A DNA stretch of 63,194 nucleotides, counting the filler, from Candidatus Woesearchaeota archaeon (GTDB lineage Archaea; Nanobdellota; Nanobdellia; Woesearchaeales; J072), in assembly GCA_003695265.1 (NCBI GenBank). It is 9 parts of 9 records of this genome, joined end to end, with 100 filler letters (N's around TTAATTAATTAA, not from the genome) between each part and the next. Parts side by side here need not be neighbours in the genome. Positions count along the whole stretch, not along the records: positions 33,382 to 46,433 come from RFII01000103.1; positions 46,534 to 49,489 come from RFII01000003.1; 7 more parts are not named here. One strand, 5' to 3'. A program made the position numbers and the translations under genes. This document shows positions 39,716 through 49,589 of this stretch, in pieces. The notes under the pieces were generated by a model. It saw only the letters and a list, made by a program, of their open reading frames with translations. It was not told the origin of the DNA and made no database searches. Position 1 is the stretch's first letter. Every line of letters begins with the position of its first letter.

Positions 39716-40444
39716 ATGGGTTTTAAAGAAGAATTTGATAATGCTTTAAAAGACAAAAAGGTGGTTGTTTTCTCAGCAGACTGCGAAATAAGGTATAGCG
39801 GCCGTGCAGAGAGCTTCCTTCCAAGAGGTGACCGCATAATCATAATAAAGTCTGACAAAACCCTCCTTATCCACCAGCCCCATGGCAACAACCCTATAAA
39901 TTACATGAAATCAAACACAAGGCACTCCTTAGCAGAGGAAAACGGAGTCTTGCGGTTAAAAAGCGAGAACCCCTTCCTGAAAGAATACTTGGATGCTGTG
40001 CTTTACAAAGTGCATTTCTTCCAAGCAGCCAAGCTTGAGGACAGCCAAAAGCTTCAATTGGCAGGCTCAGAAAAGGACATGTCTGACATGATTTACAATA
40101 ATCCTGAGCTGATTGAGGAAGGCTTTAAGCCGCTGACAAGGGAAGAGCACACTAAGTACGGCTTCATAGATGTTTTTGGTTATGACAAGAACAATAATTT
40201 GGTTGTCGTGGAGTGCAAGCGCTACACTGGTGACTTGCAGGCAGTCACTCAGCTGAGGCGTTACGTGGAAAAAATTAAGAAGGCAAAAGGCCTGCAAAAG
40301 GTTAGGGGCATTCTAGCATGCCCAAAAATCAGCCCGAATGCCCTAAAGATGCTTACAGACTGGAATTTCAGCTATAAGCGAATTAACCCTCCTAAAAAGC
40401 TTGACATTGACAAGGCCCAGTTGAGAATGGATGAATTCAACTAA
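39716..40444 (+). CDS. nucS: Mismatch-specific endonuclease NucS/EndoMS
   Basis: CEIRYSGRA, LLIHQ, IDVFG..VVVECKR, QLRRY. Confidence 0.93.
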   Translation: MGFKEEFDNALKDKKVVVFSADCEIRYSGRAESFLPRGDRIIIIKSDKTLLIHQPHGNNPINYMKSNTRHSLAEENGVLRLKSENPFLKEYLDAVLYKVHFFQAAKLEDSQKLQLAGSEKDMSDMIYNNPELIEEGFKPLTREEHTKYGFIDVFGYDKNNNLVVVECKRYTGDLQAVTQLRRYVEKIKKAKGLQKVRGILACPKISPNALKMLTDWNFSYKRINPPKKLDIDKAQLRMDEFN

Positions 40445-40585
40445 AACATTTCTATAACCTTTTCTTAAGATAACTCTCAAATCTAATTTTATTGGATTTA
40501 ACAATCCCTAAACTTAGACTGTCATTATAATATTACCACTACAGAATAAAAAACTTTATATAATAGTTTCCTATAAGGTTATACC

Positions 40586-41197
40586 ATGAGGGGTGGATCA
40601 TACTTTTTCATGCTTTTAGTAATTGCTCTTAACCTATTTGGGATATTGCACATAATGCTTGGATTAAGCCAAAAATTCTTTGTTGATCAGGCATTGTTCG
40701 CGTTTCTTCTTGTTATAGCTTCTTTCGTGATGTTTGTTCTTATTGCCAACAACAAGGAGGCCGCGTGGCTATTCTCCGCATTACTATTTATTTTGTTGCT
40801 TGTTAACGTTGTTTACCTCCATTTTGTTGTTAATTCAAGAATCCTTAACATTCTCCTATTGTTTGATGCAATAACCTTCCTAATAACAGTAACTCTGCTA
40901 AGGGAAGGTGGTCAAGAAGTTGTGATAATACCTAATATGCCAAGAAAGTCAAACGAGCTTAAAAGAGAGCTCGGTCTTAATGAAGCAAATGCAGAAGAGC
41001 AAAAAATAATTATAGAGGAAATAAAGCCGCAAAAAAAGGCTGTTTACATTGCAGGGAAAAACTCAAAACTGTATCATGCTTCCTCATGCAGCTACGCAAA
41101 AAACCTGAAAAGTAAAATATTCCTAAGAGACAAGGGGGAGGCAAGGAGAAAAAAGCTGAAGCCGCACAGATGCGTTAAAAAACAAGGAAAAATTTAA
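40586..41197 (+). CDS. 4-TM membrane protein with C-terminal Ada-like metal-binding module
   Basis: Four TMs; YIAGKNSKLYHASSCSYAKNL...PHRC. Confidence 0.75.
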   Translation: MRGGSYFFMLLVIALNLFGILHIMLGLSQKFFVDQALFAFLLVIASFVMFVLIANNKEAAWLFSALLFILLLVNVVYLHFVVNSRILNILLLFDAITFLITVTLLREGGQEVVIIPNMPRKSNELKRELGLNEANAEEQKIIIEEIKPQKKAVYIAGKNSKLYHASSCSYAKNLKSKIFLRDKGEARRKKLKPHRCVKKQGKI

Positions 41198-41220
41198 ATA
41201 CTTAATAACCTTATAATGGG

Positions 41221-41317
41221 TTGTTGGCGAGGTAATTTAGAATATTGGTTATGAAAATAACCAATAAGAAAATTGTTCGAAAGAACAAATTTCAATTCTA
41301 AACCTAGACGCCAACAA
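41221..41317 (+). ncRNA. Candidate structured RNA (three-way junction with two GAAA tetraloops)
   Basis: TTGTTGGCG/CGCCAACAA closing stem; TATTGGTTAT-GAAA-ATAACCAATA; TTGTTC-GAAA-GAACAA. Confidence 0.5.
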
Positions 41318-41379
41318 AGCTTTCTTCACTGGACAAACACGCGCAACAGATTTAAGCTTAAGAATAATACACTCATTTC

Positions 41380-42174
41380 ATGATAAGGAACTCTTTCATT
41401 TTCTTGCCAAAAATTGACAGGAAAACAGAGGAATCAATATGGAAGCAGGGCATAACAACATGGACTGACTTCATATCCGCTTCCAGAATCAAAGGAGTTT
41501 CTCAAAAAAGAAAATTCGTTTATGACAGAATTTTGAAAAAAGCAGTTAAGGCACTTCTTAACTCAGACTCAACATTTTTTCTAGGCTTGCCCTCATCTGA
41601 GAACTGGAGATTATATGAAATGTTTAAGGATGAGGCCTGTTACCTTGACATCGAGGCAAGCGGAACACGAAATAATTCCTTTGTGACAGTAATAGGAATA
41701 TATGACGGTTTTGAAACAAAAATTATGGTAAAAGACGTGAACCTGGACTTTAAGCAATTAAAGAAAGAATTGGAGAAGTACAAGCTTATCATTACTTTTA
41801 ACGGATCCTCTTTTGACATACCTTTCCTGAAAAAGCGCTTCCCAGAGCTTCTGCCAGAAATCCCAAATTTTGACTTGAAAACAGCCTGTCTCAGAATCGG
41901 GCTTGAAGGTGGGCTTAAAATAATTGAGAAGCAGCTCGGCATTAAAAGAAGCGGCTTGGTTGAAAGGCTTTATGGTGGAGACATCCTTCTCTTGTGGAAG
42001 ATGTTCAGAGGAAGCCGAGATCCTTACTACTTGGATTTGCTTATTGAATACAATGAGTATGATGTCATTAATCTTAAGCTAATAGCAGAGCGCGTTGTGA
42101 GTGAGCTTAAGAAACAGCACTTAAAGCTGCTTAATCATAATCATGCATGTCATAAACACCTGACACGTTCTTGA
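41380..42174 (+). CDS. RNase H-like (YprB/DnaQ-type) exonuclease
   Basis: YLDIEA, ITFNGSSFDIPFL, GGLK, YNEYD. Confidence 0.88.
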   Translation: MIRNSFIFLPKIDRKTEESIWKQGITTWTDFISASRIKGVSQKRKFVYDRILKKAVKALLNSDSTFFLGLPSSENWRLYEMFKDEACYLDIEASGTRNNSFVTVIGIYDGFETKIMVKDVNLDFKQLKKELEKYKLIITFNGSSFDIPFLKKRFPELLPEIPNFDLKTACLRIGLEGGLKIIEKQLGIKRSGLVERLYGGDILLLWKMFRGSRDPYYLDLLIEYNEYDVINLKLIAERVVSELKKQHLKLLNHNHACHKHLTRS

Positions 42175-42916
42175 TGTTTTCGCCTTTGCTGTTGTAAATA
42201 TTTATTTTTATAGTCTTCTCACCGCTCATGTCAATAAAAGGCCTTGAGCCAGCGCTTCCAACTATCTTAAACTTTTCATTAGCCACCTCAAAAACTCCTG
42301 AGTAATTCTCTCCTGAAGCAATCGCAGGAATGCTGAACACCCCATACACTTCATCCCTTATAAATGTTGAAGTGCTGCTGTCCCAAATAGTAAGGTTAGC
42401 ATTTAACCTTGCCGTCTCATTCAGGCCGTTGATTATTGTAAGGTTAATTCCCTGCAGCAAGAATTGCTCTTCGTTAGTATCCACAAAAATTTTTGGGTCG
42501 CCCATAATCACTTCTATTTCTCCTGAGAGCTTTGGCTTTTCATGGCATTCATCATCATACCAGTACCCCCCGCACACTCCTCCGCAGTCTATTCCTGTCT
42601 CATTCTGGTCTTTTATGCCGTTGTCACAGCTAGGGCACGCAGGGCAAGGCCCTCCACAATCTATGCCTTCTTCACCCTGGTTTTTTATGCCATCAACGCA
42701 TGTCGCTTTTGGCAGGCTTTCATTGCCTGTTTCTACTGTCCTGTTGCTTTCTTTTGTTACTATTTGCGGCGCAGCATTAACGCAGGGCTCTGGCTTAGGG
42801 CATTCCTTATCCTTTGTTAACTGCATTATGAGCAGAACAAGAAGCATAATAATGACAATACTATAAATTACTCTTTCAATATGAATTGGTTTTATGACGA
42901 TGTCAATCTCTGCCAT
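42131..42916 (-). CDS. Membrane-anchored protein with 2x CxxGIKxQxExGIDCGG repeats
   Basis: N-terminal TM; same repeat type as 8104-9486. Confidence 0.8.
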   Translation of the reverse strand: MAEIDIVIKPIHIERVIYSIVIIMLLVLLIMQLTKDKECPKPEPCVNAAPQIVTKESNRTVETGNESLPKATCVDGIKNQGEEGIDCGGPCPACPSCDNGIKDQNETGIDCGGVCGGYWYDDECHEKPKLSGEIEVIMGDPKIFVDTNEEQFLLQGINLTIINGLNETARLNANLTIWDSSTSTFIRDEVYGVFSIPAIASGENYSGVFEVANEKFKIVGSAGSRPFIDMSGEKTIKINIYNSKGENIKNVSGVYDMHDYD

Positions 42917-42961
42917 TACAAAAGAATTGGAATAACTCCTTTTTAAAACTTTTTATTTATG

Positions 42962-43074
42962 GGTGCTTAAGCTTAAGGGAGAAAGCTTTCGTGCATGGGG
43001 TGATGTGGGCGGGACTAAAAATTTTGTAATTTTCTAAGAAACAAATTTCCCAGCACAGCAAAATTTACTTAACC
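42962..43074 (+). repeat. Dispersed MITE-like repeat, copy 2
   Basis: AGCTTAA...GGGGTGATGTGGGCGGGACTAAA...CAGCAAAATTTACTTAACC; flanks TTATTTATG/TTATTTTTG. Confidence 0.7.
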
Positions 43075-43095
43075 TTATTTTTGAAAAAAATTTTG

Positions 43096-44385
43096 TTATT
43101 TGTCCAGCCCAAAAACCCTGTCAATGTCCTCTTCTGTTATTGACTTGAACTCAAAATTTTTCGATTTACTGTTTTGCCTGCTTGTGTTTCTCTCCTTGTT
43201 CTGCTTTTCTTCTTTTTTCTTTTTTTTGTCTTCTTTCTGCTCTGCTTTTTTGCCTTCCTCTTTTTCAGACCTAATATATAATGGCTGAACTGCTGTTTTG
43301 CGAGCTTCTTTTATTAACTTCTTGCTCTCTTCTTTTGAGAAGCCATCATCTTTTAAAACTGCCTCAATATCTTGTTCTGAAAACCCTTCTTCTATTGAGT
43401 GCTTTACGAACTCAAGCGCTTTTTTCTCATCAATTTTTTTCTCCCGCTCTTTCCTGTCTAAATGTATCCTTATAGCAAAAATTTTATCCTTTTTTTTCTT
43501 TTTCTCTTTTGGTTTTTCTGTTTTTTTAGACTCTGCTTTGCTTTGTTCTTTTGCAATTTCATTCATGACTGGTTCTTCTCTTTTTGGAGCGGGTAGTTTT
43601 TCCTTGTCTAATGAAAGCCTCACAGCTTTGTCATAGCATAAAGAGAGTATTCTTCTAGGGTTTCTCTCTCCTTTCTCATATATTTCTTTCAGGTTTTTGT
43701 CGCTGAAAGGGTAAATGTCTGTTCCTCCAACGTACTGAATCCTTTTTCTTATCATTTCCCTTATCTCATCATAAGACATTCCTTTAAGAACAATCTTAAG
43801 CTGATCTTTGCCGAGCCTGCTGATATTTGAGTTTTTCACCAGCTGCGCTGAGCCGGAAGCTATTATTTTGCAGTCAACACCAAGCTCCCTAAGTCTTTTT
43901 ATCCCCTCAATGTTTACGTCGCTTATTGGTTGGATATCATCAATGAGAAGAACGAGCTGCTTTTTTTTCAGACTTTTCTGCTGTCTTCTCAAAATAAAAT
44001 AGTTCATGTTTGATTTTATGCTTTGAGCATCAAGCCTTATGCTCGGTCTTTCCAGGTTTTTCTCGAGAAGAGTAATATACCTTTGTATTATCCTTCCCAT
44101 AAGCTTGTTTTGGTTTGACGCGCTCGGTATAAAGAACACCTTCATTTTTTTGCTGTAACCCTTTAATTCGTTCTTAAGCCAGAAAATCAGTGTCGTTTTT
44201 CCTGTGCCCTGCTCTCCAGTTATGGTTCCTAGGTTAAGGTTCTTTATAAAAAACAGGTTTATTCTTTTCCTGTACTCCTCATAGCCTGATATGAATTCCT
44301 CTATAGGCATTAGTATCTTGTCCTGAAAAGGATTGTCCTTCCAGCCCAATTCCTTGTCCCATTCCAAAATGAGCTTTGACACCAT
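43096..44385 (-). CDS. P-loop ATPase (ExeA-like AAA+) with charged C-terminal region
   Basis: GWKDNPF, GEQGTGKT, LLIDD, NPRRIL. Confidence 0.82.
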   Translation of the reverse strand: MVSKLILEWDKELGWKDNPFQDKILMPIEEFISGYEEYRKRINLFFIKNLNLGTITGEQGTGKTTLIFWLKNELKGYSKKMKVFFIPSASNQNKLMGRIIQRYITLLEKNLERPSIRLDAQSIKSNMNYFILRRQQKSLKKKQLVLLIDDIQPISDVNIEGIKRLRELGVDCKIIASGSAQLVKNSNISRLGKDQLKIVLKGMSYDEIREMIRKRIQYVGGTDIYPFSDKNLKEIYEKGERNPRRILSLCYDKAVRLSLDKEKLPAPKREEPVMNEIAKEQSKAESKKTEKPKEKKKKKDKIFAIRIHLDRKEREKKIDEKKALEFVKHSIEEGFSEQDIEAVLKDDGFSKEESKKLIKEARKTAVQPLYIRSEKEEGKKAEQKEDKKKKKEEKQNKERNTSRQNSKSKNFEFKSITEEDIDRVFGLDK

Positions 44386-44431
44386 TTACACTTCTTATTG
44401 TTTGTATCAGCATTATAAAGTTTTCTATTGT

Positions 44432-45028
44432 TCACCTATTCATAACTTCGCTCAGCCTGTATTTGAAGCTTACAGTACTTATGCCGTCCACAAAAAAGAA
44501 AGTAAGAGCGTCTGTTCTTGGGTTAATCGGCTGGTAAGAAATAGCCCCAACATTTTTTTCTCCAAGCTCCATGACTCTGTCATTGAACAATGGGTAATCT
44601 CCATAACCCTTGCTTATTGGCATATACTTCCAGCCAAAGCTGTCCACCACATAAGATGATTTTGATATTGTTGTTTCCTTTGGCTTCCTGCTTAAGTGCT
44701 CAACTTCCACAAAAGCAGTTACTAATAATTTTCCATTATCCAGTTTAACAATGAGTTTTACTAAGGTTATCTTCCTCTTAACATTAGTGTTCCTGTCTTC
44801 AATAACAGCTGTTTTGCCGACATAGTACTCGTTTTGCCCGGCATGTATTGACAGGTTTTCTTCAAGTTCTTTAATTAAGCCTTTAATATTGGTTTCGTCT
44901 GTTTCATTTACTTTTTCTTTTAATTCTTCTGCAGAAGAAACATCATTAGCAATATTCCCTGTTTTGCCTGAGCATGACACTGTAAAAATCAAAAGCACAA
45001 TCAAAATAGCAAAAAGCACAACTCTCAT
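44432..45028 (-). CDS. Lipoprotein-like secreted protein
   Basis: Signal peptide ending VSCS; beta-rich domain. Confidence 0.7.
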   Translation of the reverse strand: MRVVLFAILIVLLIFTVSCSGKTGNIANDVSSAEELKEKVNETDETNIKGLIKELEENLSIHAGQNEYYVGKTAVIEDRNTNVKRKITLVKLIVKLDNGKLLVTAFVEVEHLSRKPKETTISKSSYVVDSFGWKYMPISKGYGDYPLFNDRVMELGEKNVGAISYQPINPRTDALTFFFVDGISTVSFKYRLSEVMNR

Positions 45029-45124
45029 GTTAACCTCTCAACTAATGTTATGGAATTTCATGTTTAATAATCTTTTGAAAAACTCGGCTCTCGTGAAAAA
45101 TCTCTTTATTCTGCCTTTTTTATA

Positions 45125-45241
45125 GGATTAAGCCAGCTTAACTGTGATAATTCTTGGTGGTTAGGGGTGGTGTGGGTGGGACTAAACACTTTTACAATCT
45201 TTTTAACACACCAAATTTCAAACAACAAAATCGGCTTAACC
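45125..45241 (+). repeat. Dispersed MITE-like repeat, copy 3
   Basis: GGATTAAGCCAGCTTAA...GGGGTGGTGTGGGTGGGACTAAA...CAACAAAATCGGCTTAACC; terminal IR. Confidence 0.72.
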
Positions 45242-45287
45242 TTTAATGAGTAAATTATTTAAGCAAACGAATAATCTCTAATAAGTT

Positions 45288-45734
45288 ATGGTCAGCAGGA
45301 GACTTGTCTTTTACTCAGTGCCTTTGCTTTCAGTCATTATTCTAGGAATAATTTTTATTATGAACGAGCCCAAGCTTACAGGAATGGTTGTTTACAGAGA
45401 CGTTGCTGATTTCAATGTTAGCGTTTCCACAGCAGAGGGCGAACTACTGCCAGAAGGCACAATGATTGTTGTAAGGATTGATAATCACACAGCAGAAATG
45501 CCGCTGAAAGATTTCATTAACAAGTCCGGTGGTGTTTTCCAGAGAGAGTACGGCAGCTCGTCAGTTGTGGATTACACTGGATGGGGTTACATTGGAAATC
45601 ACACTTACACCCTCAGCATTCAGGAATTTAACATGACTCCTTTTTTAAATGCGGGCAGCCACACTGCTTTTATAGCTCTTGAATACAATGGAGAAACAAT
45701 CTCAAATAGTAATAAGTCTTTTAGCGTAGTTTAG
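45288..45734 (+). CDS. Membrane-anchored hypothetical protein
   Basis: N-terminal TM followed by LTGMVV. Confidence 0.7.
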   Translation: MVSRRLVFYSVPLLSVIILGIIFIMNEPKLTGMVVYRDVADFNVSVSTAEGELLPEGTMIVVRIDNHTAEMPLKDFINKSGGVFQREYGSSSVVDYTGWGYIGNHTYTLSIQEFNMTPFLNAGSHTAFIALEYNGETISNSNKSFSVV

Positions 45735-46293
45735 GAGGCTCTTTTGAGGCTGGTTTTCTTGCTTCTGCCTTTACCTTTTTTTGTTTGCTGTGCCTTATTT
45801 TCCTCAAGAATTTTGACGTGTGTTTGTCCAAGTCAAGAAAGCTCTTTGCCTCTTTCTTTAGGAGTGACGAAGCCGACCTTCCAAAAGCAATGACTTCTGT
45901 CCTGCAGCCGAGGGAGTCCAAGTATTCTAATAACTCCTTAAAGTCGCCGTCCCCGCTTACCAAAACCAAAGTGTCAAGTTTTGACGCAAGCTTCATTGCA
46001 TCCATCGCAATTCCAACATCCCAGTCGCCTTTTTTTGCTCCGCCGTAAAAAGTCTGAAGGTCTTTTGACCTCACCTCGTACCCTATTTTCTCCAGGGCCT
46101 CAAAAAAGTTCTCCTCGTCCTTTATGTCTGACTTTATCACGTAACAGATTGCTCTTATGAGCTTTCTTCCCTTCACAGCCTCTTTAAGTATGGCGCTGAA
46201 ATCAACTTTTGCGTTGTACAAGGCTCTTGCAGAATAATACAAATTTTGGACATCAACCAGGACTCCGACGCGCTGGTCCTTATGCTTTGTCAT
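45721..46293 (-). CDS. NYN domain (LabA/DUF88) PIN-like nuclease
   Basis: VDVQNL, KGDWDVGIAMD, VSGDGDF. Confidence 0.92.
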   Translation of the reverse strand: MTKHKDQRVGVLVDVQNLYYSARALYNAKVDFSAILKEAVKGRKLIRAICYVIKSDIKDEENFFEALEKIGYEVRSKDLQTFYGGAKKGDWDVGIAMDAMKLASKLDTLVLVSGDGDFKELLEYLDSLGCRTEVIAFGRSASSLLKKEAKSFLDLDKHTSKFLRKIRHSKQKKVKAEARKPASKEPPKLR

Positions 46294-46533
46294 TTTATCA
46301 CCTTTTTTCTTATTTAGGGTGCGTTGTTTAAATACTTTGCTTTATACTTTTGTTTTTATTATACAATTTTTATTATACAATATACAATTATATTTATAAA
46401 ACTATTTTTTTTCGAAAAAATGGATTAAACCAANNNNNNNNNNNNNNNNNNNNNNNNNNNNNNNNNNNNNNNNNNNNTTAATTAATTAANNNNNNNNNNN
46501 NNNNNNNNNNNNNNNNNNNNNNNNNNNNNNNNN

Positions 46534-46684
46534 AAGCAGAACCAACGCCAGTAGCGCTTTCAGAAGCAACACTAACACCACTCCTCAAATTACGCTCAAC
46601 ACCAGAAACGCCAGCCCTCTCACCAACCTGCAAACACGCGCTTATGAGGATTAAAGCAAACAATAATGCGAAGATCAGCCTCAT
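46534..46684 (-). CDS. Lipoprotein N-terminal fragment (3'-partial)
   Basis: Signal peptide with ISAC lipobox, runs into gap. Confidence 0.45.
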
Positions 46685-46755
46685 TTTTATATCAAAGAAG
46701 ATTAGTAGGAGTATTTATTTAAATAATTTGCTAAAAAAAAAGAAAGAAAAAAAAT

Positions 46756-48303
46756 TTAGCAGTAATCCTCGCACTCTGGCGGTATTGTGCCAAAGCAGAG
46801 GCATGGCGGCCTGTTCTTGTCAAGAACAGTAATTTTTACTGTTGCTTTTGATTTTGCTTTTCCGTCAGAAGCTGTTATTGTCACTTCATAAACTCCTGCG
46901 TCGTCATAGCCTGTTTGTTTTGTGCTTGAAGTCATCCAGCCCGAATACTCAACAGTCACGTCATCGCCGTCAGGGTCAGACACTTCCGGCTCAAGCACAA
47001 CAGTGTCGCCTTCTGTAACTTCTATTTCCTTATCAATGTTGATGACTGGAGGTGCGTTCAAAGAGTTAACGATTATTGTTACTTCCTTTTCTGTTGCGAG
47101 GGAGCCGTCGCTTGCAGTGACTGTCACTGTGTAAGTGCCAGCGTCTCCTTCTTTTGTCTGCCACTCGCCGAACTCATCGAGCGGCTCTTCAAAGCTTATT
47201 GTGACTTCGTCTCCGTCAGGGTCATATACTTCTGGCTCGACAACAACTGTGTCTCCTTCTATGACGGCAACGTTTTTGAGCTTTTCAAAGACTGGAGCCC
47301 TATTGACGTTGTTAACAATAACTTTGACTTTTTGCGATGTTTCTTTTTTGCCGTCGCTTGCTGTTACAGTGACGAAGTGCTCTCCAGCATCATCATAACC
47401 TGTTTTTTTAGTGTCAGATGTCATCCAGCCGGAATACTTAATTGTAACGTCATCGCCGTCTGGGTCGGTTGCTTTTGCAACGATTTTGACTGTGTCGCCT
47501 TCATCAACTTCGATGTCCTCAATCTCCTCGAGGACTGGAGCTTTGTTCTTGCTTTCAACTATTACTAAAACGTCCTGGCTTGTGCTTAGGACGCCGTCAG
47601 AAGCTGTTATTGTAACAACGTATTTTCCGGCGTCTCCTTCTTTTGTCTGCCACTCGCCGTTCTCATCAAACGGTTCGCTAAAAGTATATTCGATTGGGTC
47701 TCCGTCAGGATCAGTTGCTTTTAGGTCGGGGAAGCTTGCTAGTTCGCCCTCTACAAAAGTGAATGTTGGCAGTCCTTCAGTTTCTTTCTCAACAGAAACC
47801 TCTTCCTCGACAGGAGCCTCTTCTTCAGAAACATTTTCCTCAACAGCAACTTTTTCCTCGACCTCTTCTTCAGCAGGAGCTTCCTCGACACTGGTTTCTT
47901 CTTCAGCAGGAGCTTCGGGCGCTGTTTCTTCTCCTCCTGTTAATTTGCTAAGCTTTTCTTTCTTTGAATCAATAATGCTCTGCACAGCCGCGATCATTGA
48001 CTCGTCAGCACCCGCATCTCTTAAGTCGTTAAGCTTTTGCTCCAATTGCTCGATATCATTTTTTAAGGATTCTATCATTTCAGCATCAGAAACAATTTCT
48101 TCTTTTGGCTGCTCTTCTTGGGTTTGTTCCTCAACCAAAACCTCTTCAGCCTCTTCTTCAACAGACATTGAGGTTAAGGAGGAGGGGCATATGCCTGCTT
48201 TTCCAAAGCCTCCGAAATAGCGGCACCCACCAACGTATATTATTGCCAGAATCAATATTATTATAACAAATTTCTTAAACTCGTTTGCTCCTTTTTTAGT
48301 CAT
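46756..48303 (-). CDS. Acidic surface protein with four cadherin/Ig-like repeats
   Basis: DPDGD..VTASDG..NxAP repeated four times; N-terminal TM. Confidence 0.88.
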   Translation of the reverse strand: MTKKGANEFKKFVIIILILAIIYVGGCRYFGGFGKAGICPSSLTSMSVEEEAEEVLVEEQTQEEQPKEEIVSDAEMIESLKNDIEQLEQKLNDLRDAGADESMIAAVQSIIDSKKEKLSKLTGGEETAPEAPAEEETSVEEAPAEEEVEEKVAVEENVSEEEAPVEEEVSVEKETEGLPTFTFVEGELASFPDLKATDPDGDPIEYTFSEPFDENGEWQTKEGDAGKYVVTITASDGVLSTSQDVLVIVESKNKAPVLEEIEDIEVDEGDTVKIVAKATDPDGDDVTIKYSGWMTSDTKKTGYDDAGEHFVTVTASDGKKETSQKVKVIVNNVNRAPVFEKLKNVAVIEGDTVVVEPEVYDPDGDEVTISFEEPLDEFGEWQTKEGDAGTYTVTVTASDGSLATEKEVTIIVNSLNAPPVINIDKEIEVTEGDTVVLEPEVSDPDGDDVTVEYSGWMTSSTKQTGYDDAGVYEVTITASDGKAKSKATVKITVLDKNRPPCLCFGTIPPECEDYC

Positions 48304-48429
48304 GTGGAAACACCTCTCACCAAGATTAAAATTATTTATTTTTAAGGAGGTACTATTATTTAAACTTTACGGTAGTAATACTCATTTTCTCCTCTAAGTT
48401 AGTTATAACTATCTGGTATTAAAAACACA

Positions 48430-48542
48430 GGCTAAATCAATTTTGTTGTGTTAAAGATTTGTTCTATTAGAAAAATTATATTGCTTTGTCCCGCCCGCAC
48501 CACCCAAGCATGAAAGCTTGCCACAATTAAGCTGGCTGTGCC
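48430..48542 (-). repeat. Dispersed MITE-like repeat, copy 4
   Basis: TCAATTTTGTTG...GTCCCGCCCGCACCACCC...TTAAGCTGGC; flanks AAAAACACA/AAAAACACC. Confidence 0.7.
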
Positions 48543-48587
48543 AAAAACACCAAAAATTTATATAATTGCACGTGCTTATTATTTATT

Positions 48588-48707
48588 ATGAAAGTTGATT
48601 TTAACACTGTTGCCTCTTACTTTAATGGGTTAAGCAGAAACCAGCAGCTTGCCTGGGCTGCTATCGGGCTGGGAATATTGCTGATTATTTTAAGCAGATT
48701 TCTCTAA
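48588..48707 (+). CDS. 39-aa single-TM microprotein
   Basis: Manually translated MKVDFNTVASYFNGLSRNQQLAWAAIGLGILLIILSRFL. Confidence 0.5.
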   Translation: MKVDFNTVASYFNGLSRNQQLAWAAIGLGILLIILSRFL

Positions 48708-49439
48708 TTCTTTCATGCTGCCTATGAAAAATATCCTGTTAATGACTGTTGCTAATGGCAGAAGAAGCAATGCAAAGCCTAAGACAACGAAGTGCGCGTT
48801 GAAAGCCAGATAAATTAGGAAGAAGACAGGAATGTAAATGATTATCATGATTAAGTACATTAAAAGCATCTTGTGGATTTTTGTCAGGCCTAAAACAAGC
48901 CCTTTTTTTATTGTTTGTAGAATGCGGTCATGCTTAAGCATTGCAAGCGTTGCCAGCAGGAAATGCGCTAGGACAAGAAGGGTTATGACAAGCACAACAT
49001 ACATTGGGATGATCCTGCCTTCTGTTATAAGCGTTTTGAGTGATGCTTTTATTATGGCTTGGGATGTTAGCGCCATAGCAGCAAAGAAGATTAATGAAAC
49101 AATCCCAAAGTTTAGGTAAGTGTAAAAAAACTCTCTTGATTTCATCTTCCTGAATAGCCTGTGGGTGAGAGCCCACACAAGCCCGTTCAGGATTATGAAG
49201 CTGAGAACTGTCAGGATGAGGTTTGTTCTTAAGTAGTTTGCCGCTTCCTTTAATTTTCGTGAAATGAGGAGAGGGTCCTTGCCAAGAAAGCTCGCCTCTG
49301 GCATTTCACCCTTATCAGCCTTTCCCAGGTACTCGTAGATTGCCTGGCTGCTCTCAAACATTTTCGGCTGGTATACTAACTGAGTTGTTACGAATGCGGA
49401 GCAGAATAACAATTGCGCTAGGATGATTAGCAAGAACAA
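48690..49439 (-). CDS. Multi-pass membrane protein (probably 5'-partial)
   Basis: Several TM segments; start lies near the contig edge. Confidence 0.75.
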   Translation of the reverse strand: MFLLIILAQLLFCSAFVTTQLVYQPKMFESSQAIYEYLGKADKGEMPEASFLGKDPLLISRKLKEAANYLRTNLILTVLSFIILNGLVWALTHRLFRKMKSREFFYTYLNFGIVSLIFFAAMALTSQAIIKASLKTLITEGRIIPMYVVLVITLLVLAHFLLATLAMLKHDRILQTIKKGLVLGLTKIHKMLLMYLIMIIIYIPVFFLIYLAFNAHFVVLGFALLLLPLATVINRIFFIGSMKELEKSA

Positions 49440-49589
49440 GTTCTTGTTTTTTTTTATGATGCGAAAAAAGTTTTTTTTAAAAAAAAAAANNNNNNNNNNN
49501 NNNNNNNNNNNNNNNNNNNNNNNNNNNNNNNNNTTAATTAATTAANNNNNNNNNNNNNNNNNNNNNNNNNNNNNNNNNNNNNNNNNNNN

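Noticed and set aside
47411..48220. Long antisense ORFs (for example 269 aa, Ser/Thr-rich)
   Set aside because: Shadow frames of acidic, purine-biased genes on the opposite strand.
12465..49589. Eight N-run/TTAATTAATTAA/N-run blocks (12465, 15994, 18744, 22984, 28787, 33282, 46434, 49490)
   Set aside because: Artificial 100-nt contig linkers with stops in all six frames; not biological repeats.
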